From Alphaproteobacteria bacterium (GTDB taxonomy: Bacteria; Pseudomonadota; Alphaproteobacteria; Rs-D84), in assembly GCA_017617915.1 (NCBI GenBank), contig JAFZVH010000053.1, positions 355-64,354 on the forward strand: a stretch of DNA of 64,000 nucleotides. The letters run 5' to 3'. Under the pieces are notes generated by a model. The model saw nothing but the letters and a program-made list of their open reading frames with translations. It was not told where the DNA came from and made no database searches. The number at the start of each line of letters is the position of its first letter. Positions within the stretch are counted from its first letter, which is position 1. Both the position numbers and the translations under genes were made by a program. Shown one piece after another: positions 20,272-29,447 of this stretch.

Positions 20272-21464
20272 AAGAAGTAAAAGTGGCGCGCCCATCATTC
20301 TTGCGTCGTTTTTTTGGATGGTTTTGGCGGCATAAAGTTTGGTCAAGTTTGATTTTGTTGTGCTTGATTGGGGGCGGCGCATGGTGGTTCCTTTCGTCCA
20401 GACCTGAAAAGCCAGAATATGTGACGGTCAAAGTTTCGCGTGGTGATTTACGTCAGATTGTAACAGCAACTGGTGAAATAAATCCTGTGAACACCATTAG
20501 TGTTGGTTCCCAGGTTTCTGGCACGATTGCCGATATTTTTGTAGATTATAACTCGCATGTAACCAAGGGGCAAAAATTACTTGAAATAGAACCATCTGTG
20601 TTGCAGGCATCTGTAGATGAAGCCAAAGCATCGTTGGAATCTGCGCAATCGCAACTAAACTTGGCCAAGAATGATTATGAACGCAGTAAAACTCTTTATG
20701 ACGAAGGTTTTATTGCGCGCGCAGAAATGGAACAGTCGCAAACGAATTATGAACAGGCTGTTCAGTCGGTTAAGCGTATGCAGTCACAATATGACCGCGC
20801 AGTGACTAATCTTGGGTATGCAACGATTACTTCACCGGTTGATGGTACAGTTATTTCGCGCAAAGTTGATAAAGGTCAAACGGTTGCGGCGTCTTTCCAA
20901 ACACCAGACTTGTTTGAAATCGCCGAAGACCTTACAAAAATGCAGATTGAAACCGCAGTGTCCGAGGCGGATATTGGTGTTATTAAAGAAGGTCAACAAG
21001 TGAACTTTACCGTTGACGCATATCCGCGCAAAACATTTAATGGCGTTGTAAAGCAGGTTCGCCTGTCGCCAACAACAACATCAAATGTCGTTGTTTATAC
21101 TGTTGTGATAGATGTTGATAACACAGATTTACATCTGATGCCTGGGATGACCGCTTTCGTGACGATACTGGTTTCTGAACAGCGCGATGTGTTAAAATCA
21201 CAAAACGCGGCGTTTTTGGTACGGAACTTCAAGAACATAATTTCTGATGCGCCAGAAGATATAAGACCAGAAAGCCATATTGCAGTTCTGCGCAATGGCA
21301 AGGTCGAATATATAAAATATACCAAGGGTCTTAGCACTGCGACAGAAACAGAAATAGTTTCAACAGAATTGCAACCTGATGACCAAATAATCGTTGGTCG
21401 TGTTGGTCAATCGACAAGTTCTGCGGCAACGCAGGCGCGTCGTCGTGGTCCGGGTCCAATGTAA
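20268..21464 (+). CDS. efflux periplasmic adaptor (HlyD/MacA-like)
   Basis: N-terminal TM, lipoyl-like GEINPVNTISVGSQVSGTI, coiled-coil hairpin, ITSPVDGTV. ATGA overlap with the TolC-like gene. Confidence 0.88.
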   Translation: MKEVKVARPSFLRRFFGWFWRHKVWSSLILLCLIGGGAWWFLSSRPEKPEYVTVKVSRGDLRQIVTATGEINPVNTISVGSQVSGTIADIFVDYNSHVTKGQKLLEIEPSVLQASVDEAKASLESAQSQLNLAKNDYERSKTLYDEGFIARAEMEQSQTNYEQAVQSVKRMQSQYDRAVTNLGYATITSPVDGTVISRKVDKGQTVAASFQTPDLFEIAEDLTKMQIETAVSEADIGVIKEGQQVNFTVDAYPRKTFNGVVKQVRLSPTTTSNVVVYTVVIDVDNTDLHLMPGMTAFVTILVSEQRDVLKSQNAAFLVRNFKNIISDAPEDIRPESHIAVLRNGKVEYIKYTKGLSTATETEIVSTELQPDDQIIVGRVGQSTSSAATQARRRGPGPM

Positions 21465-21475
21465 AGTTGGCACAC

Positions 21476-22222
21476 ATGAAAAAAAACGAAACAATTATTT
21501 CTATGAACAAAATCTGTAAAAGTTTTCCGCTGGAAATCGGTGGGGTTCAACAGGTTTTGTTTGATATCACCTTTAATATTCAGGCGGGTGAGTTTGTTGC
21601 AATTATGGGGCCTTCGGGTTCGGGCAAATCAACCTGTATGAATATTGTTGGTGCGCTGGATACACCGACATCTGGGACTTACGAATTGTACGGTCAAAAC
21701 ATATCAAATATGACATCGGATGATTTGGCGCGCGCGCGAAATGAACATATTGGTTTTGTGTTTCAGAATTTTAACTTGCTGCCAAAGCGAAATGTGCTGG
21801 ATAATGTAATGTTGCCACTGATGTATCGTGGTATGTCGCCCGAAGAAAGAATTCGCCGTTCACGTGAAATGCTGCACAGGGTTGGATTGGAAAACTTTGA
21901 AACATATTTGCCAACGCAACTGTCGGGCGGTATGAAACAGCGTGTTGCAATTGCGCGTGCACTTGCGGGCGAACCTAAACTGATTCTTGCGGACGAACCA
22001 ACGGGCGCATTGGATTCAAAGATGGGTAACGAAATATTAAAATTCTTTAAGGAATTGAATAAAGATTTAGGCATAACAATCGTTATGATTACGCACGAGT
22101 TTGATATTGCACGTTATGCAAATCGTCTTATACACATTTATGATGGTCGTATAAACTATGACGGCCCTATTCCGGCAAGCGAAGCGGTTCTTGTCAAGAA
22201 AACAAACAAGGGGCAAAAATGA
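21476..22222 (+). CDS. ABC transporter ATP-binding protein (MacB/LolD-type)
   Basis: Walker A GPSGSGKST, signature LSGGMKQRVAIARAL, Walker B ILADEPTGALD. The alternative TTG start is at 21467. Confidence 0.92.
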   Translation: MKKNETIISMNKICKSFPLEIGGVQQVLFDITFNIQAGEFVAIMGPSGSGKSTCMNIVGALDTPTSGTYELYGQNISNMTSDDLARARNEHIGFVFQNFNLLPKRNVLDNVMLPLMYRGMSPEERIRRSREMLHRVGLENFETYLPTQLSGGMKQRVAIARALAGEPKLILADEPTGALDSKMGNEILKFFKELNKDLGITIVMITHEFDIARYANRLIHIYDGRINYDGPIPASEAVLVKKTNKGQK

Positions 22223-23436
22223 CACTGAATGATATTTTTAAAGAATCGTGGCTGTCTATTGGGGGAAACAAAGTTCGGTCTTTCCTGACGGTTCTGGGTA
22301 TCATTATTGGTGTTATGGCGGTCGTTATAATGGTCGCAGTTGGCGAAACTGTTGAAAAAGAAATTACAGACCAATTTTCTTCATTGGGGACAAATACTGT
22401 GGTTATTCGCGCAGGCGCGGCACAAACAGGTGGTGTCCGCAGCGGCAGTCGCCAAACCCTTACCATCGATGATGCCGAAGTTATTGCAAAATTACCAGAT
22501 GTCGCGGCGGTTTCGCCGGTACAAACATCTGGGGCCCAGGTTGTTTATGGAAATAAAAACTGGTCAACATCCATGATGGGTGTGTACCCTGATTATACAA
22601 CGGTTCAGAACATAGAAATTGAATATGGTTCGTTTTTTGATACCACTGCGGTCAGAAACGCCTCTACTTACGCTGTAATTGGCCCTAAAACAGCGACAGA
22701 GCTGGGGATGGACAAGAACCCCGTCGGACAAGTTGTGCGTGTCCAGAACGTTCCTTTCGTTATTATCGGCGTTGCCAAAGAACGTGGCGACAGCGCTATG
22801 GGGTCCCAAGACGATATGATTTTAATCCCTATAACCACGCTTAAAAAGCGCGTCCAAGGCAGCCGTTTCCCAAATGCGGTCAGTATGATTGCACTTAAAT
22901 TGTTCCAAGATGCAGATAATTCAGTTGTTATTGACCAGATTTCTGCTATGTTGCGCGATCGCCATCGTTTAAGAGCTGGTGATGATGATGATTTTCAAAT
23001 TATGGATATGAAACAGATTATGGAAACCATGACAACTGTCACAGGTTATCTAAAATTGCTGTTGATTGCGATTGCAGCGGTATCACTGCTTGTTGGTGCG
23101 ATTGGTATTATGAATATGATGTTGGTGTCAGTTGCAGAACGCACACGTGAAATCGGCATACGCAAGGCAATTGGTGCGCGCGAACAAAATATTATTATCC
23201 AATTTTTATCAGAATCTATCATGATATCTTTCATTGGTTCTATGATAGGTCTGGTAATGGGTGTTGGCTTATCCCAAGGCGTTGGGCGTTTTATATTGGG
23301 ATATAACGTACCATTTAGTGCATGGCCTGTCGTTTTATCTATATCAGTTGCAGTAATTGTTGGTTTGGCGTCTGGCGTTATGCCTGCAATCAAGGCGGCA
23401 AAATTAAACCCAATTGACAGTTTAAGATACGAATAA
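22219..23436 (+). CDS. ABC transporter permease (MacB/FtsX-type)
   Basis: N-terminal TM, large periplasmic domain, C-terminal FtsX-like region with RTREIGIRKAIGA. ATGA overlap with the ATPase gene. Confidence 0.9.
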   Translation: MTLNDIFKESWLSIGGNKVRSFLTVLGIIIGVMAVVIMVAVGETVEKEITDQFSSLGTNTVVIRAGAAQTGGVRSGSRQTLTIDDAEVIAKLPDVAAVSPVQTSGAQVVYGNKNWSTSMMGVYPDYTTVQNIEIEYGSFFDTTAVRNASTYAVIGPKTATELGMDKNPVGQVVRVQNVPFVIIGVAKERGDSAMGSQDDMILIPITTLKKRVQGSRFPNAVSMIALKLFQDADNSVVIDQISAMLRDRHRLRAGDDDDFQIMDMKQIMETMTTVTGYLKLLLIAIAAVSLLVGAIGIMNMMLVSVAERTREIGIRKAIGAREQNIIIQFLSESIMISFIGSMIGLVMGVGLSQGVGRFILGYNVPFSAWPVVLSISVAVIVGLASGVMPAIKAAKLNPIDSLRYE

Positions 23437-23451
23437 AAAATACGCAAAAAA

Positions 23452-23475
23452 GACCGGCAAATGCCGGCTTTTTTA
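23452..23475. terminator. bidirectional intrinsic terminator
   Basis: CCGGC-aaat-GCCGG with a flanking A-run and T-run, between the convergent permease gene and gpsA. Confidence 0.65.
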
Positions 23476-24339
23476 CTTTGAAAATTTCTTTTGCATATTG
23501 AACAACAGTGGCGTATCAACTTTAAATTTATTTGCGCGTGCAATCAATGCATCCAACGCAGATAACCCTTCGACCGTTCCAGATGGTTTTTCGCCGTTTG
23601 CTATGGATATTCCTGCGGAAAAATTACGACTGGTTTGTGATGTGGCGGTAAGCAGTAAATCGCCAATGCCACAAAGGTCAGAGAAAGTTTCCAATTTTGC
23701 ACCCATTTTGCGCCCTATTTTAATGACTTCGCGCCATGCATTTGTCATATACAGCGCAGATTCGTTTTCACCTTTACCTTTGACCTTGATATAACCCGCA
23801 ATCACAGAAACCGCATTTTTGCCAACACCACAAATTTCTGTGCCGATAATATCGCGTGTGGGACTGATAAACATTTTATTAAATATTTGCCCGCCAATTA
23901 TTTGGATCTTTTTCCCGCCTGCAAGTGTCGAACCTGTTGGAACGCCACTCGCAACTTCGCCCGCAAATTGTGGTCCAGACAAAACCCCAACATTTGATTT
24001 TTTAGGCTTTATCGTTTCATGCAAAACTTCTGTCATAAATTTATGAGTTTTTGGTTCTGCGCCCTTGGTGCAAATGATAATCGGTTGCTGGTTGTAAAAA
24101 CGCCCCGCCCTTATCAAAGTTTCGCGAAAAAATGCCGCAGGTGTTACCGCAATCCAAGCATCGCAAACTTTCAAATCTTGCATATCTGTGGTCAGCCGAA
24201 TATTCTTTTTTGCCTTTACATTATCAAAATGCGCGGCAAGTCCATCAAAGGACCACAGAATAACATCTGCCCCGCCACGCGCAATAATATGCGCAAGTCC
24301 TGTACCCCATGCGCCCGCACCAATAATACCAACCTTCAT
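23473..24339 (-). CDS. gpsA: NAD(P)H-dependent glycerol-3-phosphate dehydrogenase
   Basis: MKVGIIGAGAWGT Rossmann motif, GPQFAGEVA, GVGKNAVSVIAG, GIGDLLLTATSQTSRN. Confidence 0.88.
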   Translation of the reverse strand: MKVGIIGAGAWGTGLAHIIARGGADVILWSFDGLAAHFDNVKAKKNIRLTTDMQDLKVCDAWIAVTPAAFFRETLIRAGRFYNQQPIIICTKGAEPKTHKFMTEVLHETIKPKKSNVGVLSGPQFAGEVASGVPTGSTLAGGKKIQIIGGQIFNKMFISPTRDIIGTEICGVGKNAVSVIAGYIKVKGKGENESALYMTNAWREVIKIGRKMGAKLETFSDLCGIGDLLLTATSQTSRNFSAGISIANGEKPSGTVEGLSALDALIARANKFKVDTPLLFNMQKKFSK

Positions 24340-25937
24340 TGTATTTTCCTTAGTTTTTTCTTTATTTTTGGAATGACGCTGAATCCATCATCCGCCAGAT
24401 TTATTGCGCGACGATACGCCTCGACCGCTTTGTCATTTTGACCGTTTTTTACATATGCATCACCCAAATGTTCAAACAGTGCGGAACAATTCTTTGCGGA
24501 TGATCCTATTTTTTCAAGTATTTCCAGTGCAGCATCGTTGCCTTCGCGCACCGCAACAACAACAGCAACCGTATCCCACGCTAAAACATCTGTTGGGTCG
24601 CGTTTTACGAGTGACATGGCATAAGTGTACGCATTTTCAATTTCACGATTTTGTGCCGCCCAGATACGCGCCTGCAGTGCCAAAATTTCGCCATCTTTAT
24701 CAAGTGTTTTTGACGCTGTATGAATATCTTTTTGTGCTGCCTTTAAATCGCCAAACAATAAATGTACCAATGCGCGCCGTTTAATCAAATACGCCCTGCC
24801 CCCGTCCGATAACCTTTTGTTTTTCAGTGCTTGGTTTATTGTGTCTAATGCAAGATGCTTGCTGCCCTGACCTGTATAGTAAGCAACAAGTTTATTTAAT
24901 GCAGGAATAAACAAAGGCTGATGCTTTAAAACATTTTGAATTTCTTTGACCGAATTCGCGCTTTTCATCTTGGCGAATAAATAGAAAGGACTGGCTTTGT
25001 CTATTTTATCAAAATAGACCGAAAAATTTCCACGCGTATTCACCAAAAACTGTCCGATATAATAGTGTACAGCGTCTTGAAAGAATTGTGCGTCTGGGCC
25101 GATTATTTGCGCAAAACGCAGCATCAAAATGGACAAGTCGGAATACAGCATAATTTGTGTATGCGAAACATTTTGCAGCAGATTAAACGCCAAAGATTTT
25201 TGCGGACCCTTGAAATTGTCCCAATTTGGAATGTTATCAAAGTCTGCCATAAACATTCCGCCCGGCGCAGATGAAAATTCTTGACGCAATTTGTCCGCTT
25301 TGGGCTGCATATCGTGCCCAATATAGAACGACATAATATATACATAATCACCAATATTCATAAAATCTGTTTTTACATTGGCAAATTCTTCCGCTGCGCG
25401 CGTATCTTCATCATAATGCGCATAAATTTGCCCGCGCACAAAAGCCTTCCATGATGGGTTAGATTCCGCGCTGTCGATATATTTTAATGTTTCTGTTTTT
25501 CTGTTTTTTGCAATTGCCGACCATATACGAAAAGGTGCGTATACGGCAGATTTATTGGTTTTATGCCGATTATATAATTCATCCCATTTCTGATTCTTGG
25601 CAAGCGATGCATCATAAATCATTCGCCCTGCGGTATCTTTGGCGTCGTTGAAACAAGCTGTGTTTGTTGGCAATTTGCCGCCAAGAAATTCGGCAAGTTT
25701 TTTTGTCTTGGAAATGGTGCCATAATCTTTATCTGAAATCTTTTCGGCAAATTTCGCGGCTGAATCAAAGTCGTTGGTATAAATCGCATGTTGACCCGCC
25801 AAAAACGCACCGTACGAAGTCTCTGTTACGCGATATGTTTTTTTTGGCATGTTGATTGGACGATCAAATAGTATAAATACCGACAAAAGAATCGCCGTAA
25901 GCCCCAAACAATAAAACAAAGTTTTTCTTTCAATCAT
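24336..25937 (-). CDS. membrane-anchored TPR-repeat protein
   Basis: N-terminal TM (LFYCLGLTAILLSVFILF). C-terminal TPR-like helices (ALFEHLGDAYVKNGQNDKAVEAYRRAINL). ATGA overlap with gpsA. Confidence 0.6.
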   Translation of the reverse strand: MIERKTLFYCLGLTAILLSVFILFDRPINMPKKTYRVTETSYGAFLAGQHAIYTNDFDSAAKFAEKISDKDYGTISKTKKLAEFLGGKLPTNTACFNDAKDTAGRMIYDASLAKNQKWDELYNRHKTNKSAVYAPFRIWSAIAKNRKTETLKYIDSAESNPSWKAFVRGQIYAHYDEDTRAAEEFANVKTDFMNIGDYVYIMSFYIGHDMQPKADKLRQEFSSAPGGMFMADFDNIPNWDNFKGPQKSLAFNLLQNVSHTQIMLYSDLSILMLRFAQIIGPDAQFFQDAVHYYIGQFLVNTRGNFSVYFDKIDKASPFYLFAKMKSANSVKEIQNVLKHQPLFIPALNKLVAYYTGQGSKHLALDTINQALKNKRLSDGGRAYLIKRRALVHLLFGDLKAAQKDIHTASKTLDKDGEILALQARIWAAQNREIENAYTYAMSLVKRDPTDVLAWDTVAVVVAVREGNDAALEILEKIGSSAKNCSALFEHLGDAYVKNGQNDKAVEAYRRAINLADDGFSVIPKIKKKLRKIQ

Positions 25938-25961
25938 TAAAAGTTATGCTACAATAATAAT

Positions 25962-26534
25962 ATGAATAGTAAAGAAAAATTTGCGCGTTATGCGGAACTT
26001 TTGCGAGATTGGTCAACAAAAATGAACCTTGTTGCCCCCAGCACCTTGTCCGATATTGAAAATCGGCATTTCGCCGATTCGGCACAGTTGGCGGACGTTT
26101 TACCAAAAGATGCAGAAATATTGGATTTTGGAAGTGGTGCGGGATTTCCTGGTGTTGTTTTGGCAATTTTAGGTTGGCGTGTGACCTGTATTGAATCGAT
26201 TGGAAAAAAAGTTTCTTTTTTAAATGCAGTTCGTGATGAATTGAAATTGGATAATTTGACAATTTATCATGGTCGGTTGGAAAACTTTTTGCCGGCTTTT
26301 TTGAACAAAAATGCAAAAAAGGCCGGTAAATTTGTTATAACTGCACGTGCGTTTGCACCACTTGTTAAGATTTTAGATTATGTTCGTGGTATAAATTGCC
26401 GGCTTTTTTTGCTAAAAGGCCGGGAAATTGAAAATGAAATTGCGGTTGCAAAGGTCAAATATGATTTTGATTATGAACTCGTTCCATCAAAAACCGGTGA
26501 TGGTTTTATAATAATTGTGAATTTTGGCCGGTAA
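25962..26534 (+). CDS. rsmG: 16S rRNA (guanine527-N7)-methyltransferase
   Basis: WSTKMNLVAPSTL...HFADS and the SAM motif DFGSGAGFPGVVLAI. Located upstream of parAB. Confidence 0.88.
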   Translation: MNSKEKFARYAELLRDWSTKMNLVAPSTLSDIENRHFADSAQLADVLPKDAEILDFGSGAGFPGVVLAILGWRVTCIESIGKKVSFLNAVRDELKLDNLTIYHGRLENFLPAFLNKNAKKAGKFVITARAFAPLVKILDYVRGINCRLFLLKGREIENEIAVAKVKYDFDYELVPSKTGDGFIIIVNFGR

Positions 26535-26547
26535 TTTCATATGAAAT
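26534..26547. promoter_or_regulatory. parS-like palindrome, copy 1
   Basis: ATTTCATATGAAAT is a perfect 14-bp palindrome abutting the rsmG stop. In the 16-nt frame it matches 11 of 16 positions of the parS consensus TGTTTCACGTGAAACA. Confidence 0.4.
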
Positions 26548-26593
26548 AAACTTTATTTTATTGAAATTAGTGTGTTTTTTTGTTTTGCAGAAT

Positions 26594-26609
26594 TGTTTCA
26601 TATGAAATA
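26594..26609. promoter_or_regulatory. parS-like palindrome, copy 2
   Basis: TGTTTCATATGAAATA matches 13 of 16 positions of the canonical parS. The central CG is replaced symmetrically by TA. About 110 nt upstream of parA. Confidence 0.45.
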
Positions 26610-26716
26610 AGCGACAATATCTTGAAATTACTGTGTTTTTATTATATAAAAATTATTGTCTTGATTTGTGTGTTTTGTTTATATTATAGTATTTTGCGAT
26701 AAAAGGAATGGTTTTT

Positions 26717-27490
26717 ATGACAGAAATAATTGCATTTGCGAATCAAAAAGGTGGGGTTGGCAAGACAACGACGGCGATAAATTTGGGTGCGTCGCTTGCG
26801 GCGATAAAAAAGCGTGTTTTGTTGGTGGATTTGGATCCCCAGGGTAATGCTGGTACGGGACTTGGTTTTGTACGGTCGTCACATCGTCAAAGTGTTTATG
26901 ATGTTTTGATGGGGCGTGCGTCTGCGGCGGAAAATATACTTTCTACGGCGGTGCCAGGGTTGCATATCTTGCCGTCAACGCAGGCGTTATCTGGTGCCGA
27001 GGTTGAGTTGTTAGATATGGAAAACAAAGAATATCGCCTGCGCGAGGCTTTGCGTCCTATAATGGAACATTATGATTATATTTTGCTGGATTGTCCCCCT
27101 GCCCTTGGTTATATAACTTTGAATGCTCTGACGACGGCGAATCATGTTATTATACCGCTGCAGTGTGAGTTTTTTCCACTAGAGGGCGTTTTGCACCTTA
27201 TAAATAATATCAAAGGTGTGCAACAGAAATGGAATCCAAACCTTGAAATTCTGGGCGTTTTGCTGACTATGTACGATCGGCGTTATGGTATGACGCGCGA
27301 TGTAGAAGAAAACGTGCGCGCAACATTTGGCGACAAAGCGTTCAAGACGGTTGTACCGCGTAATGTTCGTGTGGCCGAAGCGCCCAGCCATGGTAAACCT
27401 GCCCTGTTCTATGATTTTAATTCAACCGGCGCCCAGGCGTATTTGCGTGTGGCAACCGAAGTTGTTCAAAAATTAGCCAAAGGTGAATAA
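26717..27490 (+). CDS. parA: chromosome partitioning ATPase ParA/Soj
   Basis: Deviant Walker A NQKGGVGKTTTAINL, then DLDPQGNA and LLDCPP. ATG 26717 has better SD spacing than 26708. Confidence 0.93.
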   Translation: MTEIIAFANQKGGVGKTTTAINLGASLAAIKKRVLLVDLDPQGNAGTGLGFVRSSHRQSVYDVLMGRASAAENILSTAVPGLHILPSTQALSGAEVELLDMENKEYRLREALRPIMEHYDYILLDCPPALGYITLNALTTANHVIIPLQCEFFPLEGVLHLINNIKGVQQKWNPNLEILGVLLTMYDRRYGMTRDVEENVRATFGDKAFKTVVPRNVRVAEAPSHGKPALFYDFNSTGAQAYLRVATEVVQKLAKGE

Positions 27491-27491
27491 A

Positions 27492-28367
27492 ATGTCGAAA
27501 TTTGGACTTGGACGTAATTTGACAGATTTACAAAATGAAATAGGCATCGCGCCAGATATTTCTATATTGTCGGGTACTGAACGCGTTGTTGTACGTCAAG
27601 TACCTCTTGCACAAATTGGCGTGAATCCAGACCAACCGCGCAAGACCTTTACTGCGGCGGAATTGGAAGATTTGGCGGCATCTATTCGCGAAAAGGGCGT
27701 ATTGCAACCGATTTTATTGCGCAGTGTTAAAAATCGTCCATACAGTTATGAAATTGTTGCAGGTGAACGGCGTTTCCGCGCCAGCAAAATGGCGGGCTTG
27801 ACGGAAATTCCGGCATTGGTAAAGAATTTGGCGGATGAAAACGCGATGGAAATCGCGCTGATAGAAAATGTTCAGCGCGAAAACCTGAATCCGATAGAAG
27901 AGGCCGCGGCCTATGTGAACCTTATGAATAAATGTAAGTATGATATGTCGGATGTATCGCGTTTGATTGGAAAATCGGAAAGTTATATTCGGAATTTGAT
28001 TCGTCTGAATGCGTTGCCGGCATCGGTAAAAAAACTGGTAGAGCAGGGCGAATTATCTGCATCGCACGCACGCGCGATTGTTGTAGCGGATGATCCTGAA
28101 AAAATGGCGCAAGAGATTATAAAAGGCAAACTGTCGGTTGCAGATGTAACCGCGCGTGTTAAAAACGGCCCACGCGCAAAGCGTGCGCGCGCATTTGTTG
28201 ATACAGGAATTGACGCGGCGACATTGAAAAAGATGTCAGATAATATTTCGCATACTTTGGGCGCAAAAGTAAAAATTACGGGTCGTCGTGGTGGTGCGGG
28301 CGTGATAAATATTTCATTTGCAACGCGTACGCAGTTGAACGAAATAGTTGACAAAATTTGTAAGTAA
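27492..28367 (+). CDS. parB: chromosome partitioning protein ParB/Spo0J
   Basis: NPDQPRK, GVLQPILLR, IVAGERRFRASKMAGL (ParB box), and an HTH region. Confidence 0.93.
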   Translation: MSKFGLGRNLTDLQNEIGIAPDISILSGTERVVVRQVPLAQIGVNPDQPRKTFTAAELEDLAASIREKGVLQPILLRSVKNRPYSYEIVAGERRFRASKMAGLTEIPALVKNLADENAMEIALIENVQRENLNPIEEAAAYVNLMNKCKYDMSDVSRLIGKSESYIRNLIRLNALPASVKKLVEQGELSASHARAIVVADDPEKMAQEIIKGKLSVADVTARVKNGPRAKRARAFVDTGIDAATLKKMSDNISHTLGAKVKITGRRGGAGVINISFATRTQLNEIVDKICK

Positions 28368-28422
28368 TTGCCGGCCGAATCGAACAAAAATATCAAAAAA
28401 GCCGGCAACACTTGACAAAATA

Positions 28423-28452
28423 TTAGTGGCCAGTGTAAGTGATTATTCACTT
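28423..28452. repeat. TAGTG-rich repeat (left-arm type copy)
   Basis: TTAGTGGCCAGTGTAAGTGATTATTCACTT contains a small hairpin AAGTGA-ttat-TCACTT. Confidence 0.5.
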
Positions 28453-28720
28453 TAGCATCAGCCACAAAAAACTTTTATTTTTATATGGTATGATGCCACA
28501 GCAAGACAAGATAAAAACACCGCAGAAATGCGGCGTTTTTTATGCAAAAAACCGGTCAAAAAAACGTTCCTTTTTTTGACCGCCTCCCTTAAAGAAAACT
28601 GAAAATAAAAAAGTCCAGAAATCTGGGATTTTTTATTTTTAATTTTTTTGAAAAAACGGTTGATTTAAACGTACGTTTTTTTGTACATTGTTTGTGTGAT
28701 AAAAACCCAAGGAGAAAAGA

Positions 28721-29260
28721 ATGAACAAAACAAGTAAATTCATTATTGCGGCGGCATTGTCGGTTGTGTCGGCGGGTGCATACGCGGCGGGCGAAAACAT
28801 CCCAACATCGCGGGCATACGTGGACAGTAATGTTGCAACCAAACAGGCGATATTGAGTGCGAATGGCGCCAATACCGCGGTAACATTTCCAACAACAACT
28901 GGCGGAACCCCAGGGACCAGAACAATAAATACCAGTCTGGGTAGCAGTACATCTGATACAGGCTTGGCAACCACCGGTTCGATAAACACAGAATTAAATA
29001 AAAAGCAGGGGAATATAAACGGCACCGCGAATACAGTTGTGACCTATACAGGAACATCGGGTGGCGTATCATCCAAGGGTGTGTACAGCAGTGGGTCTGC
29101 ATACAGCGGTCAAACATCCAATTTGACCGAGGCACAACATGTGAACGCGGCGGTTCAGAACGGGTTTAACGCACATTTAACCTGCGCGAATCAAGATTGC
29201 ACATTGTGGAACGTGAACACATTGTCCGGTACATACGTCCCACAACCGGCCAATCCGTAA
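28721..29260 (+). CDS. secreted fibre-like protein (small paralog)
   Basis: SD AAGGAGAAAAGA. Signal peptide MNKTSKFIIAAALSVVSAGAYA. T/S/G/N-rich. Shares a domain of about 120 aa with 29448-30830. Confidence 0.75.
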   Translation: MNKTSKFIIAAALSVVSAGAYAAGENIPTSRAYVDSNVATKQAILSANGANTAVTFPTTTGGTPGTRTINTSLGSSTSDTGLATTGSINTELNKKQGNINGTANTVVTYTGTSGGVSSKGVYSSGSAYSGQTSNLTEAQHVNAAVQNGFNAHLTCANQDCTLWNVNTLSGTYVPQPANP

Positions 29261-29397
29261 AATTCCCCTTCGCTGGCGAAGGGGAGGGCCACTGGAAGTG
29301 GCAGGGTAGTGGTTCACGCGCAGCGTGAATAGTCGGTGTTGCCGACAACAACTACCCCGTCGGGTGCTACCCGCCACCCCTTCTTGATAAGAAGGGG
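29261..29397 (+). repeat. multi-hairpin element, copy A
   Basis: P1 CCCCTTCG-ctgg-CGAAGGGG (29265-29284). P2 CCACT-gga-AGTGG (29289-29301). Conserved GGGTAGTGG. P3 TTCACGC-gca-GCGTGAA (29313-29329). GTCGG-tgttg-CCGAC (29332-29346). CCCCTTCTT-gat-AAGAAGGGG (29377-29397). Confidence 0.7.
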
Positions 29398-29447
29398 ACT
29401 TGTGGGCAGGGTGTCGCCAAAGAAATAAGAAGAAAGGAGAAAGGAAC

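Noticed and set aside
23046-23543. 165-aa minus-strand ORF.
   Set aside because: It is antisense to the C-terminal FtsX domain of the ABC permease and crosses the bidirectional terminator.
26535-26707. Whether the direct repeats between rsmG and parA are a CRISPR array.
   Set aside because: There are only two repeat units, with an internal palindrome resembling parS. No cas genes are present and there is no regular spacer structure.
25962-28720. Whether the replication origin (oriC) lies next to rsmG-parAB.
   Set aside because: I found no cluster of DnaA-box-like 9-mers (TTATCCACA or close variants) in the flanking spacers. dnaA, dnaN and hemE are not in the window.
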